64,000 nt of DNA from Candidatus Zixiibacteriota bacterium (GTDB taxonomy: Bacteria > Desulfobacterota > Binatia > UBA9968), in NCBI GenBank assembly GCA_035574315.1, contig DATLYW010000031.1:68574-132573 (forward strand), in the 5' to 3' direction. The translations under genes and the position numbers were made by a program. Under the pieces are notes generated by a model. That model ran no database searches. It had not been told where the DNA came from and was given only the letters and a program-made list of their open reading frames with translations. This document shows positions 51,270-60,903 of this stretch, one piece after another (the stretch's first letter is position 1; each line of letters opens with the position of its first letter).

Positions 51270-51345
51270 GTGAAAAAAAATTTTTTTACTTTTTTTGTTG
51301 CAAAGGAAATGGAAAAGGATTATGAAATTTTCCTCGGTTGTTTGG
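51270..51345. other. AT-rich tract (candidate DNA unwinding element) in the hemL-dnaA intergenic region
   Basis: GTGAAAAAAAATTTTTTTACTTTTTTTGTTGCAAAGGAAATGGAAAAGGATTATGAAATTTTCC in an otherwise ~65% GC sequence. Confidence 0.45.
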
Positions 51346-51507
51346 GAGAAAATTTTTCGCGCCGTGTCAGCCGCGACCGGCGCAAGCGTCACGACGTTTT
51401 TTCCAGAGACTTCTCTTTCCGCGGTACCAAGGCTTTTCCATGGGTAGCTTGTTGACGTTTTTGCAGCGTGGCCTTCGAAAGAGGAGGCTTTTCGCATGGG
51501 TCTTGGA

Positions 51508-51529
51508 GTTATCCACAGCTGTGGATAAC
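51508..51529. promoter_or_regulatory. Perfect 22-bp palindrome GTTATCCACAGCTGTGGATAAC = two inverted consensus DnaA boxes (TTATCCACA / TGTGGATAA)
   Basis: Read directly, 50 nt upstream of the dnaA start. Confidence 0.7.
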
Positions 51530-51579
51530 TCTGTTCGTAAGTACAACCCGGAATCGCCTGGAAATCCGCTCTCTTAGCG

Positions 51580-52920
51580 GTGTACGTCATGGAACTATGG
51601 GAAAAAGCCCTTGTCCATCTGAGAGAAAAGCTAGGGAAACAGAATTTCGAGACATGGATCAAACCGGTGCGGGCGGAGTCGATTAACGATGACACGCTTG
51701 TCCTCGAAGTGCCCAACAAGTTCTTTCGCGACTGGCTGTCAGAGCACTACCTGTCGCAGATCGCTGCCGTCCTTTCGGCGCTATCGCACAAGCAGATCCG
51801 CGTCTCGCTCGCCGTCAATAACCGCGTGCAACCGAAGGAAGCGCCGGCACGCGCACAAAAAAAAGAAGAGCCGGAGCCGCCGAGGGGGCAGCGATTCAAT
51901 AACTTAATCCCGAAGTACACCTTCGAGAATTTCGTTATCGGCGCGAGCAACCAGTTCGCTCACGCCGCCTCGATGGCCGTGGCCAACCAGCCGGGAGACC
52001 ACTACAACCCTCTGTTCATCTACGGCGGGGTCGGTCTTGGTAAGACGCACCTGGCCAACGCGATCGGGCACCGTGCGGTCGCTCACCGGCCGGGTCTCAA
52101 GGTGCTTTACCTGAGCTCGGAATCTTTCATGAACGAGCTGATCGCGTCGCTGCGCCGCGACCGCATGGACGAATTCAAGACGAAATTCCGCAACATCGAT
52201 ATCCTGATCCTCGACGACGTCCAGTTCATCGCCGGCAAGGAAAGGACGCAGGAGGAGTTCTTTCACACATTCAACTCGCTCTACGAGACGCACAAACAGA
52301 TCGTGATCACGTCCGACAAGTTCCCCAAGGAGATCCCAGGGCTGGAGGACCGCCTGCGCAACCGCTTCGAGTGGGGGCTGATCGCAGACATCCAGCCGCC
52401 CGACATGGAAACCCGGGTGGCGATCCTGCAGAAAAAAGCGGAGAGCGAGGGCGTTCAGCTGCCGCACGAAGTCGCCATTTTCCTGGCTTCCAACATCGAC
52501 TCGAATGTCCGCGAACTCGAGGGGTCGTTAACCCGCCTCGGCGCCTTCGCCTCCCTCACGAAGTCGGTGATCACCGTTGAACTGGCCAAGGAGGTCCTGC
52601 ACAACACCCTCAAGAGCTCCCACAAGGAGATCACGATCGAGAGCATCCAGAAAACGATCTGCGAGTACTACAACATCAAGCTCGGCGATCTCAAGGCCAA
52701 GAGGCGCACCAAGAACATCGCGATTCCCAGGCAGGTCGCGATGTACCTATGCCGCAAGTATACGGAAACCTCGTTCCCGGCGATCGGCGACAAGTTCGGC
52801 GGCCGCGACCACTCCACGGTCATCCATGCCTCCAAAGCCATCGAGAAACGGCTCAAGGAGGATCCCTACATGCAGAGCACAATTGAAAAGCTCGAGCGGA
52901 CGCTGAATGTCCGCAAGTAG
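51580..52920 (+). CDS. dnaA: Chromosomal replication initiator DnaA
   Basis: AAA+ Walker A GGVGLGKTHL, sensor motifs, C-terminal DNA-binding domain (...VAMYLCRKYT...DHSTVIHA). Confidence 0.97.
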   Translation: MYVMELWEKALVHLREKLGKQNFETWIKPVRAESINDDTLVLEVPNKFFRDWLSEHYLSQIAAVLSALSHKQIRVSLAVNNRVQPKEAPARAQKKEEPEPPRGQRFNNLIPKYTFENFVIGASNQFAHAASMAVANQPGDHYNPLFIYGGVGLGKTHLANAIGHRAVAHRPGLKVLYLSSESFMNELIASLRRDRMDEFKTKFRNIDILILDDVQFIAGKERTQEEFFHTFNSLYETHKQIVITSDKFPKEIPGLEDRLRNRFEWGLIADIQPPDMETRVAILQKKAESEGVQLPHEVAIFLASNIDSNVRELEGSLTRLGAFASLTKSVITVELAKEVLHNTLKSSHKEITIESIQKTICEYYNIKLGDLKAKRRTKNIAIPRQVAMYLCRKYTETSFPAIGDKFGGRDHSTVIHASKAIEKRLKEDPYMQSTIEKLERTLNVRK

Positions 52921-53077
52921 CTTGTGCACATCCTGTGCGCAAACCGTGGCCGCAAACGGGGATAACCACCTGCCTTTGCTTCCCGCGCCGGGCCAGACCC
53001 AAAAAGCGGGCGCTGCGGTCCGGCACTAGGAACAAGCCAAGTCGGCGCCAGCGCTAGATTCTCAGCGCTTGTTGCTC

Positions 53078-53125
53078 TTGTCCACAGTGCTATTGCTACT
53101 GCGGATTTAATTCATATATACAAGG
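53078..53125. promoter_or_regulatory. dnaA-dnaN intergenic region: near-consensus DnaA box TTGTCCACA (53078-53086) plus AT-rich GGATTTAATTCATATATACAAGG
   Basis: Read directly; one mismatch to TTATCCACA. Confidence 0.4.
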
Positions 53126-53149
53126 AAGGATAAGGGTCGGGAGGTTCCT

Positions 53150-54256
53150 ATGGAATTAAACGCTACGCGAGGCGATCTCCTCGCCGCGCTCTACTGGACT
53201 CAGAGCATCGTCGAGCGGCGCAATACCATGCCGATCCTGGCCAACGTGCTGATCGACGCGCAAAAAGACGGTGTTCGCATCACGGCGACTGATCTCGAGG
53301 TTGGAGTCCGGGCGACGGTGGAGGGGCAGATAGGGAAAGAAGGGACGGTGACAGTCAACGCGAAAAAGCTCTACGAGATCGTTCGCGAGCTTCCGGGCGA
53401 GCAGGTGCGGGTGAAGAAGCTGGAAAACGAGTGGGTCGAGATCAGAAGCGGAAAGGCGGTTTTCAAGATCGTGGGCATGGAGGCACGGGAGTATCCGCAG
53501 TTTCCTAGGTTCAGCACGGAAGGGCTCGTGTCGGCGGCAGCGAGCGTCCTGCGAGGTATGATCGAGCGGACGATTTTTTCGGTGTCTATGGATGAAACCC
53601 GGTACAGCCTGAACGGCGTCTACATGGAGCAGGGGGATGGAAGTAAAGTGCGGATGGTGGCAACGGACGGCCACCGTCTGGCTTTCGAGGAACAGTCCCT
53701 TGGAAATTTCGGCTTGGCTAAGGGAGTGATCCTGCCGAGGAAGGGGGTGGCTGAGGTCAAAAAGCTCCTTGATTCCGGTGAGGACGGCACGGTCTCGATC
53801 GGTTTCCGGGAAAATATGGCCCTGATCGTCAGGGACAAGGTGGAGCTTTTCATGCGGTTGATCGACGGCGATTTTCCTGAATACAGCAAGGTAATTCCGA
53901 AGGGAAACCCGAACGTCGCCAAGCTGGACCACGACGAATTCCTGCAGGCGCTGCGGCGTGTGTCGATCCTGTCGAGCGAGCGTTACAAGGGCGTGAAGAT
54001 GGAATTCAGGGACCGGCGCCTGCTGATCTCGACGAGCAACCCGGACCTCGGGGAAGCGGTTGAGGAAGCCGAGGTGGAATACACCGGGAAGCCCGTAACG
54101 ATCGGCTTCAACGCGCGATACCTGATCGATGTGCTGAACGTTCTCGAGGCGGACTGCGAGGTCAAGATGGAGCTGAAGGACGAGGTGAGCCCGAGCGTGA
54201 TCCGGAGGTGGGGGGACGAGACCTACCTCTATGTTCTGATGCCGATGAGGCTCTAG
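53150..54256 (+). CDS. dnaN: DNA polymerase III beta sliding clamp DnaN
   Basis: Three-domain clamp, 368 aa, follows dnaA. Confidence 0.95.
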   Translation: MELNATRGDLLAALYWTQSIVERRNTMPILANVLIDAQKDGVRITATDLEVGVRATVEGQIGKEGTVTVNAKKLYEIVRELPGEQVRVKKLENEWVEIRSGKAVFKIVGMEAREYPQFPRFSTEGLVSAAASVLRGMIERTIFSVSMDETRYSLNGVYMEQGDGSKVRMVATDGHRLAFEEQSLGNFGLAKGVILPRKGVAEVKKLLDSGEDGTVSIGFRENMALIVRDKVELFMRLIDGDFPEYSKVIPKGNPNVAKLDHDEFLQALRRVSILSSERYKGVKMEFRDRRLLISTSNPDLGEAVEEAEVEYTGKPVTIGFNARYLIDVLNVLEADCEVKMELKDEVSPSVIRRWGDETYLYVLMPMRL

Positions 54257-54259
54257 CCT

Positions 54260-55126
54260 CTAGCGGTATTTCTCGTCCTGCTCGTACTTTTCCTTGAGAC
54301 CGACGATGGCGTTGAATTCGTCGAACGGCATCAGTCGGTCGATAACGGCGGCGGTCGAGCCGCTGCTGCGCAAGGTCGCGTAGACGTCGGTCAGGGCCCT
54401 CGCCGCCGCGAAGAGAGGCGCGAGGGGCCAAACGACGAGGGCAAAGCCGAGGCGGCGCAGCTCTGCGGCCTCCATGATCGGCGTGTCGCCCCGCTCAATC
54501 ATGTTGGCGACGAGCGGGCCAGGCACGCGCGCTGCGATCTCCGCCATCTCTTCTCTGGTGAGAGGCGCTTCGATGAACACCGCGTCCGCCCCACACTCTT
54601 TGAACGCGCGCCCCCTGGCGATCGCCTCTTCAAGTCCGAGAGCCTGCCGGGCGTCGGTGCGCGCGACGATGTAGAAATCGCTTCCTTTCCTCGCGTCGAC
54701 CGCGGCGCGCAGCTTTCGCAGCTGCTCGTCGACCGGAATCACCTGCTTGCCGCGCATGTGGCCGCAGCGTTTGGGCCAGACCTGGTCCTCGAGAAACATG
54801 CCAGCTGCTCCCGCGCGGATGAGCTCCTCTACCGTGCGGATAACGTTGATGGCGTTGCCGTACCCGGTGTCGGCGTCGACGATCACGGGAACGCGGGTGA
54901 CAGAACAAATCCGGGTGGCCGCCGCAATAACCTCCGTCTGCGTGAGCAGTCCGAAGTCGGGTTGCCCGAGCAGCGTCGCGGAAAGGCTGTATCCGGTGAT
55001 GAAGATGACCTCGAAGCCCGAGCGCTCGGCGATCTTGGCGCTCAGGGCATCGTACACGCCGGGCATTACGAGCTGGCCCTTTTCGGCGATAAGCTTTCGT
55101 ATTTGTTCGCCTTTTCCAGTCGCCAT
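54260..55126 (-). CDS. Isocitrate lyase/PEP mutase family enzyme (2-methylisocitrate lyase / carboxyvinyl-carboxyphosphonate phosphorylmutase-like)
   Basis: Internal ATG (MATGKGEQ). ICL/PEPM motifs VDADTGYG, KRCGH, ARTDA. Confidence 0.75.
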   Translation of the reverse strand: MATGKGEQIRKLIAEKGQLVMPGVYDALSAKIAERSGFEVIFITGYSLSATLLGQPDFGLLTQTEVIAAATRICSVTRVPVIVDADTGYGNAINVIRTVEELIRAGAAGMFLEDQVWPKRCGHMRGKQVIPVDEQLRKLRAAVDARKGSDFYIVARTDARQALGLEEAIARGRAFKECGADAVFIEAPLTREEMAEIAARVPGPLVANMIERGDTPIMEAAELRRLGFALVVWPLAPLFAAARALTDVYATLRSSGSTAAVIDRLMPFDEFNAIVGLKEKYEQDEKYR

Positions 55127-55145
55127 TGGGTTTCCTAGAGGGGTC

Positions 55146-55505
55146 TCAGCGGCGGACGGTGCGCCCGAACCCGCGCTGCTGGCTTGGCTCGGGTCTGGGG
55201 GCGGCGCGCAGCAGGCGGGCGGGTTTGAGGCCGAGAACGTCGTCGCCGTAGCGGGAACGATCAAGGTGGTCGAAGCGCGCCTTGATCTTCTGGCGGATCT
55301 GATGGCGCTTGACGATGTCGGTCCGGGCGGCCGTGAGATCTTCCATGTTCAGCACCACCTCGCCCTCGTGACCCCGAAAGCTCAGGCGCAAGATGAACCG
55401 GGATCCTTCTCCCTCACGAGCGCTGTAATCGAGCTTCTTGTTGATGCTCCTAATGATGTCTCTGAGCAGCGCTTCCTCCTCCTGATACAGTCCCTTGCCG
55501 AACAT
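55146..55505 (-). CDS. Hypothetical protein (119 aa), cotranscribed upstream of the ICL/PEPM-family gene
   Basis: Good codon usage; 20-nt gap to the downstream gene; no recognisable domain. Confidence 0.45.
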   Translation of the reverse strand: MFGKGLYQEEEALLRDIIRSINKKLDYSAREGEGSRFILRLSFRGHEGEVVLNMEDLTAARTDIVKRHQIRQKIKARFDHLDRSRYGDDVLGLKPARLLRAAPRPEPSQQRGFGRTVRR

Positions 55506-55620
55506 AATGGCTCCTTCCCGTCCGGTCTGAACGGCCGAAACGCCCGGGCGCAGTGAAATCTATGCCAATCGGAGCGGAAGATCAATCGCGCCCGGTCGAA
55601 CGGGGACGTCGGCGTCGCCG

Positions 55621-56328
55621 CTAGAAGGGCTCCACGCTCGGTCGGATGTCGATCTCGTGCGACCAGGCGCTGCGCGGCTGCTTCAGTGCGTGGATGACCG
55701 CCGCGGCGATCGCCTCCGGCTCGATCAGACTCCCGGCCGACGGGGCCGGGTCGCGCTCCCGGAGCTTCGGCGTGTCGATCTGACCGTCCACGACGATATG
55801 GACCACGTGAACGCCTTTCGGGTGGAATTCACGCGCCCACGATTGGGCCAGCATGCGGAGGGACGATTTGGCGATCGCGAATGGCGCGAAACCGGCGCGA
55901 CCCCGGAGGGCGGCGGTGGCTCCCGTGACGGAGATGAAGCCCGCGCCGGCGCGAAGCATGTCGGGAATGAGGGCTTGTCCAAGATACACGGCGCCCATCA
56001 CGCCGACCGCAAAGGCCCGGCGGAATGCCGCCGGATCCAGCTCCAGAAACGGCCCGCGGGCGTAGCCACCGGCATTGTAGGCGAGCGCTGCAGGAATGCC
56101 GAGATCGGCACGGATGCGCGCCACGGCTGCGGAGACTTCCTCCGGGCGAGTAACGTCGGCCGGGACCACCAGGGCCCGTCCGCCGGCGGCCGTGATCTCT
56201 CGCGCCGCCGGCTCGCCCGATGAGGCGTTGCGCGAAACCAGCGCAACCGCGTATCCCTGGGCGGCGAAGGCGCGCGCCAGGGACGAGCCGAGGCCCGGGC
56301 CGACGCCGGCAACGACTGCAACAGACAT
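55621..56328 (-). CDS. Short-chain dehydrogenase/reductase (SDR)
   Basis: Rossmann GVGPGLG; YxxxK replaced by an atypical catalytic region, but overall SDR fold (NAGG motif). Confidence 0.7.
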   Translation of the reverse strand: MSVAVVAGVGPGLGSSLARAFAAQGYAVALVSRNASSGEPAAREITAAGGRALVVPADVTRPEEVSAAVARIRADLGIPAALAYNAGGYARGPFLELDPAAFRRAFAVGVMGAVYLGQALIPDMLRAGAGFISVTGATAALRGRAGFAPFAIAKSSLRMLAQSWAREFHPKGVHVVHIVVDGQIDTPKLRERDPAPSAGSLIEPEAIAAAVIHALKQPRSAWSHEIDIRPSVEPF

Positions 56329-56519
56329 GGTTTTATTCAGGCTCCCACAGTTGCGCTTGACGCTGAACGCAATGGATCAGCGTCTCAGAGCGTGTACCGG
56401 TCGGGATGGGTCGCTGAGGGGCGACGCTGGGCCGCGCCGCCTGCCTCAACGGAGAAAGGCTGCGAAATGGCGCGTGGCTTCTTTGCTGCTCCAGCGTTGC
56501 TTGCACTGCGGACCCGCCT

Positions 56520-57482
56520 TTACTTTACATCGGTCGGCGCGAAAAGGCTGTCCAGCTCCATCTTTTTGTCGATCAGCCCTTGCTCGAACGAGTACTGCAT
56601 GAGGGTTTCCAGGTTCTTCCGGTTGCTTTCGCCGAGGCCGTAGGGCCAGGGGTCCTTGCCGAGGAGGGCCTGCTGCTCTTCGAGCGCGTGGCGGAACCAC
56701 GCGAGCGGCACGATCCGGGGATTTTCCAGCCGGCGGTAAGCAGCGAGCTTGGACTGCTCGAAGGCCTGGAGGAGGTTGATGGGGACCCATGGGTAGCGAT
56801 CGACGATCTCCTGTTTGATGGCGGTCGTGTGCATGATGGGAAAAATTCCTGTCCGCCGGTAATAGTCGACCTCGAGCTCTTTGTAATTGGGGAAGAGGCG
56901 CCCGACGCGCGGGTCGTTGTCCAGGATGGGGCGTATGAGCTCCGGGTGGATCAGGGCGTCCAGCTCCCCATCGAGCAGCATGGTCTCGACGTTTTTTCCG
57001 GGCGGCACCCTGCGCAGCGAGAGGTCGGGCGGGGGAGTGAAGTCGACCTCCTCCTCGTCCTGTTTCAGCCACTCGATCTTGCGGTGGGGAACCCCGTATT
57101 CGTGCTCCAGGATGCCGCGCACCCAGAGGTTGGCCGTGGCGGAGAAGTTCCTCAAGCCGACCCTGCGGCCGATCAGGTCGGCCGGTTTGCGGACGCTGCC
57201 GGAGGTGTTGACGAAGACGAAGCTGTGGCGGAAGCGCCGGTGGAGGAAGACGGGAATCGCCGTAAACGGGAGACCCCGGAGCCAGGCGATCAGGTAGTTG
57301 GACATCGAAAGCTCGGCGACGTCGAACTCGCGGTTACGCAGCATCCGCCAGTGGCGGACATCGGAGGTCATGTCGGTCAGCACCGTCAGCTCGATGCCGT
57401 CCGGCTTGACGGTTCCTTCCTTGAGCGCGCGGATACTCTCGTAGTCGCCGCAGGCGAGGGTCAAATGCAGCTTCTTGCTCAT
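56520..57482 (-). CDS. Cytoplasmic NMT1/PhnD-fold protein, 4,5-dihydroxyphthalate decarboxylase-like
   Basis: No signal peptide. MSKKLHLTLACGDYESIRALKEGTVKPDGIEL resembles the Pht5-type decarboxylase family of the periplasmic-binding-protein fold. Confidence 0.5.
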   Translation of the reverse strand: MSKKLHLTLACGDYESIRALKEGTVKPDGIELTVLTDMTSDVRHWRMLRNREFDVAELSMSNYLIAWLRGLPFTAIPVFLHRRFRHSFVFVNTSGSVRKPADLIGRRVGLRNFSATANLWVRGILEHEYGVPHRKIEWLKQDEEEVDFTPPPDLSLRRVPPGKNVETMLLDGELDALIHPELIRPILDNDPRVGRLFPNYKELEVDYYRRTGIFPIMHTTAIKQEIVDRYPWVPINLLQAFEQSKLAAYRRLENPRIVPLAWFRHALEEQQALLGKDPWPYGLGESNRKNLETLMQYSFEQGLIDKKMELDSLFAPTDVK

Positions 57483-57603
57483 GTCCGCTCTCTACCACGG
57501 CTGCGCCCGGTTGCCAATCGGGTTGGACTAAGGCCGGCAAAAAAGCTATTTTACTGTCGCCTCTGGCACGGAACAGCGGCTAATCAAAGCAAGGAGACAA
57601 CGG

Positions 57604-58593
57604 ATGCTCAATCCTATTTCGCTTTCGCTCTGGCTCGCCGTCGTCTGGCTCGCGGTTCTTCCCGGCCGATCCGCGGCCCAGCTGAAGACGCGCTTCAACT
57701 GGACGGCGGTCACCGGCGCCCAGAGCGGGATCTTCATGGCGCACCAGGAGGGGTTTTTCAAGAAGAACGGTCTCGACGTCGAGCTGATCCACATCCCGTC
57801 GAGCTCGCGTGCGATTCAGACGATTCTCGCTGGCGAGATCGCCCTTTCGTTCATGGACGGGAACAATGCGGCGCAGGCGAATCTGAAAGGTGCCAATCTC
57901 GTGCTGGTCACCGGCGCGACCAACCGCATGGTCTTTTCATTGATGGCGAAGCCCGAGATCAAGGCCGTGGGCGAGCTCAAGGGAAAGAAGATCGGCATCA
58001 CGCGCGTGGGCTCCTCCACGCACACCGCCGCGCTGTTCGCGCTGGGTCAGGGAGGGCTCAAGCCGGGGGATTACCAGATCCTCCCCCTGGTCGAGGTGCC
58101 CAACATCTTCACCGCGCTTTCGGCGGGCCAGATCGACGCCGGCGTGGTTTCGCCGCCCACCAACAGCCGTGCGCGGAAAGCGGGATTTCGGGAGCTGGTC
58201 AACCTCGCGAAGGAAGGGCCCGAGTACGTCTCGGTCGCGATCGGCACGAGCCGCTCCTATCTCAAGAACAACGAGGAGGTCGTCCGCCGGCTGATCCGGG
58301 CCTACGGCGAGGGGCTCTATGCCTTCAAGACCAACAAGGCGGCGGCGATGCGAATGATTCAGAAATACCTCAAGGTGAGCGACGCGGAGATTCAGGAGGA
58401 CACCTACAGCCAGTTCCGCGAGTATCTCCAGTATCCGCCTTACGTGAGCCGCAAGGGGATGGAGGCGGTGCTGGCGGACGTGGCGGAGAAGGAGCCGGCC
58501 GCGCGCAGCGCAAAAGCCGACGATTTCCTCGACATGCGTCTGGTCGCCGAGCTGGAGAAAGCCGGGGTTTTCAGGAAGGTCGCCGCGCGCTAG
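57604..58593 (+). CDS. ABC transporter periplasmic substrate-binding protein (NMT1/SsuA/TauA family)
   Basis: Signal peptide, NMT1-like fold, AAGGAGA SD; divergent from the decarboxylase-like gene. Confidence 0.7.
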   Translation: MLNPISLSLWLAVVWLAVLPGRSAAQLKTRFNWTAVTGAQSGIFMAHQEGFFKKNGLDVELIHIPSSSRAIQTILAGEIALSFMDGNNAAQANLKGANLVLVTGATNRMVFSLMAKPEIKAVGELKGKKIGITRVGSSTHTAALFALGQGGLKPGDYQILPLVEVPNIFTALSAGQIDAGVVSPPTNSRARKAGFRELVNLAKEGPEYVSVAIGTSRSYLKNNEEVVRRLIRAYGEGLYAFKTNKAAAMRMIQKYLKVSDAEIQEDTYSQFREYLQYPPYVSRKGMEAVLADVAEKEPAARSAKADDFLDMRLVAELEKAGVFRKVAAR

Positions 58594-58603
58594 AGCGCCG
58601 GCC

Positions 58604-59305
58604 TCAACCGCGGCGGCGCAACTTCCTGGCCCGCCGCACGAAATACTCCCACATCGACTCGAGGCGGTGGGGAGTGTAGATCTGCTCGTACTTGATCTTC
58701 GCCTCCTCGTCGCTGGTCCAGGAGGGGTCGCCCGAGGCAGTGGCGAGGAGCTGAATACGCGCCGCCTTTTCGAGAAAGATCGCGTAGAGCGTCGCCACCT
58801 CGATGCTCGGGCCGACCACCGTGGAGCCGTGATTCTTCATCAGGACGCCGCGGCAGTTCCCGAGGCTCTTGGCGACCTCGCGGCCCAGCTCCGGCGTCCG
58901 GATCAGGGCGGTCGTGTAATCGAACAGCGGCAGCCCGTCGTAGAAGATGTTGCCCTCGTGGCTGATCGGGCGCAGCGGCTGGCGGAGCGAGCCGAAGGCG
59001 GTCGCGTAGGGCGGGTGGGAATGGACGACGCAGTTCACGTCGGGGCGCGCCTTGTAGATCTCGGTATGGATGAAGACCTCGGAATGGCGCTCGTATTTTC
59101 CCTCGACCTTCTTGCCGTTCAGGTCGACCACGATCAGGTGCTGCGGTCGAATCTCCTCGAAGCCGAAGCCATGGGGCTTCATCAGGATCCTGTCCTGGCC
59201 CGGGATCCGCACGGAGACGTGGCCGAGAATGTTGTCCCAATGGCCCTCGTTGGCCAGAATATTGCAGGAAAACGCCAGGGTTTCTTTCAGTTCTCTGAGA
59301 TTCAT
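58604..59305 (-). CDS. Class II aldolase/adducin-family protein (L-fuculose-phosphate aldolase-like)
   Basis: Internal ATG (MNLRELKE). Metal-binding His residues (HSHPPYA, MKNHG) of the class II aldolase family. Confidence 0.7.
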   Translation of the reverse strand: MNLRELKETLAFSCNILANEGHWDNILGHVSVRIPGQDRILMKPHGFGFEEIRPQHLIVVDLNGKKVEGKYERHSEVFIHTEIYKARPDVNCVVHSHPPYATAFGSLRQPLRPISHEGNIFYDGLPLFDYTTALIRTPELGREVAKSLGNCRGVLMKNHGSTVVGPSIEVATLYAIFLEKAARIQLLATASGDPSWTSDEEAKIKYEQIYTPHRLESMWEYFVRRARKLRRRG

Positions 59306-59355
59306 CGGAGCTCCTCGATGTCCGGAGATGTCGGAAGCCGGCTCTGCGGCGAGCG

Positions 59356-60891
59356 TCAGCGGCGTAGCCGGAACCTCTGGATCTTTCCGGTAACGGTCTT
59401 CGGCAAGTCGTCGACGAACTCCACCCAGCGCGGGTACTTGTAGGGAGCGAGCCTGCCCTTGACGTAGTTCTGCAGCTCCTTCTTGAGCGCCTCCCCGGGC
59501 TGGTATTCGGCCTTGAGCAGCACGTAAGCCTTGGGCTTCACCAATCCATCGTCGTCGGGATCGCCGATCACGGCGGCCTCGAGGACCGCAGGGTGCTCCA
59601 TCAAGGTGTTCTCGATCTCGATCGGGGATACCCAGAGACCGCCGACCTTCAGCATGTCGTCGGAGCGTCCGCAGTACCAGTAATAGCCGTCGGCGTCGCG
59701 GTAGTAGGTATCGCCGGTCTTGAGCCACTCGCCGAGCATGGTCCGCTTGGTTTGCTCGTGCTTGTTCCAGTAGTAAGGGGAGTTCGCGTCTCCCTTCACA
59801 AGGAGATTGCCGACCTGCCCGATGGGTACCTCCCGTCCCTCCTCGTCGACGATTTTTGCTTCGAACGCGGGCGTGACCTCGCCGCTGCTGCCCGGTTTGG
59901 CGCGACCGGGCCGGTTGGCGAGAAAGTCATGGGTGGCCTCGGTGGAGCCCACGACATCGAGCAGCTCCAGCCCGAACCGCTCCTTCCATTGATGAAAAAG
60001 CGCCGGCGGCAGGGGCTCGCCGGAGGACAGGCAGATCCTGAGCGAGCTCAAATCGTAGCGTTTCTCGACTCGCAGCAAGCGGGCGTAGAGCGTCGGCACC
60101 GAGAAAAAGAAAGTCGGACGGTAGCGCTCGATCACCTGCAGGACCTTCTCGGGCTCCGGCCGTTCCGGCCAGAGCACCGTCGCGGCGCCGAAACGAAAGG
60201 GAAAGTAGAGCGAGTTGCCGAGGCCGTAAGCGAAGAAGAGCTTCGATGCCGAAAAGCAGACGTCGCTCTGGGTCATTCCCAGGACCGGCTTCACGAACAG
60301 GTCGGTGATGTAGATCATGTCGTGCTGCAGATGGACCGCGCCCTTGGGCGGCCCTGTGCTGCCGGACGTGTATCCCCAGAAGCAGACGTCGTCCTTGCTG
60401 GTCTTTTCGGCTTCGAGCCGGTCGGAGGCCTTGTCGAGGAGCGCATCGAAAGATAGCCCACCGGGCCGCGGCCCGCCCACGACCACGAGGTGCTTCAAGA
60501 ACCGCGCCTGACCGCGGATCTTTTCGAACTCTCCGGCGACGGACTCGTGCACGATGGCGGCACGGGCACGGCTGTCGTTGAGCAGGTAGTCATATTCCTT
60601 TGCCGTCATCCACGGGTTGGTGGGAATGGGCACGGCCCCGATCTTGATCGCACCGAAAAAGGCGAAGGCGAACTCGGGGCAATCGGGAAGCACCAGGAGC
60701 ACCCGGTGCTCCAGCTCCACCCCGAGGTCACGCAGCGCGTTGCCCGCGCGGTTGACCCTCTCGAAAACGTCCCGGTAGGTGAACGTCCGGTCCTGATGGT
60801 AGATCGCGATGCGGTCGCCGCGGCCCTGGGCGATGTTCTCGTCGACGAAGGTCGTGGCGGCGTTGTAGATGTCGGGGAGGTCGATTTTCAT
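59356..60891 (-). CDS. Aryl-CoA ligase (benzoate / 4-hydroxybenzoate-CoA ligase family, AMP-binding)
   Basis: AMP-binding motifs YTSGSTGPPKG, GEPL, TGD, and the conserved C-terminal Lys region. Confidence 0.8.
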   Translation of the reverse strand: MKIDLPDIYNAATTFVDENIAQGRGDRIAIYHQDRTFTYRDVFERVNRAGNALRDLGVELEHRVLLVLPDCPEFAFAFFGAIKIGAVPIPTNPWMTAKEYDYLLNDSRARAAIVHESVAGEFEKIRGQARFLKHLVVVGGPRPGGLSFDALLDKASDRLEAEKTSKDDVCFWGYTSGSTGPPKGAVHLQHDMIYITDLFVKPVLGMTQSDVCFSASKLFFAYGLGNSLYFPFRFGAATVLWPERPEPEKVLQVIERYRPTFFFSVPTLYARLLRVEKRYDLSSLRICLSSGEPLPPALFHQWKERFGLELLDVVGSTEATHDFLANRPGRAKPGSSGEVTPAFEAKIVDEEGREVPIGQVGNLLVKGDANSPYYWNKHEQTKRTMLGEWLKTGDTYYRDADGYYWYCGRSDDMLKVGGLWVSPIEIENTLMEHPAVLEAAVIGDPDDDGLVKPKAYVLLKAEYQPGEALKKELQNYVKGRLAPYKYPRWVEFVDDLPKTVTGKIQRFRLRR

Positions 60892-60903
60892 CGCTCGACG
60901 GCG

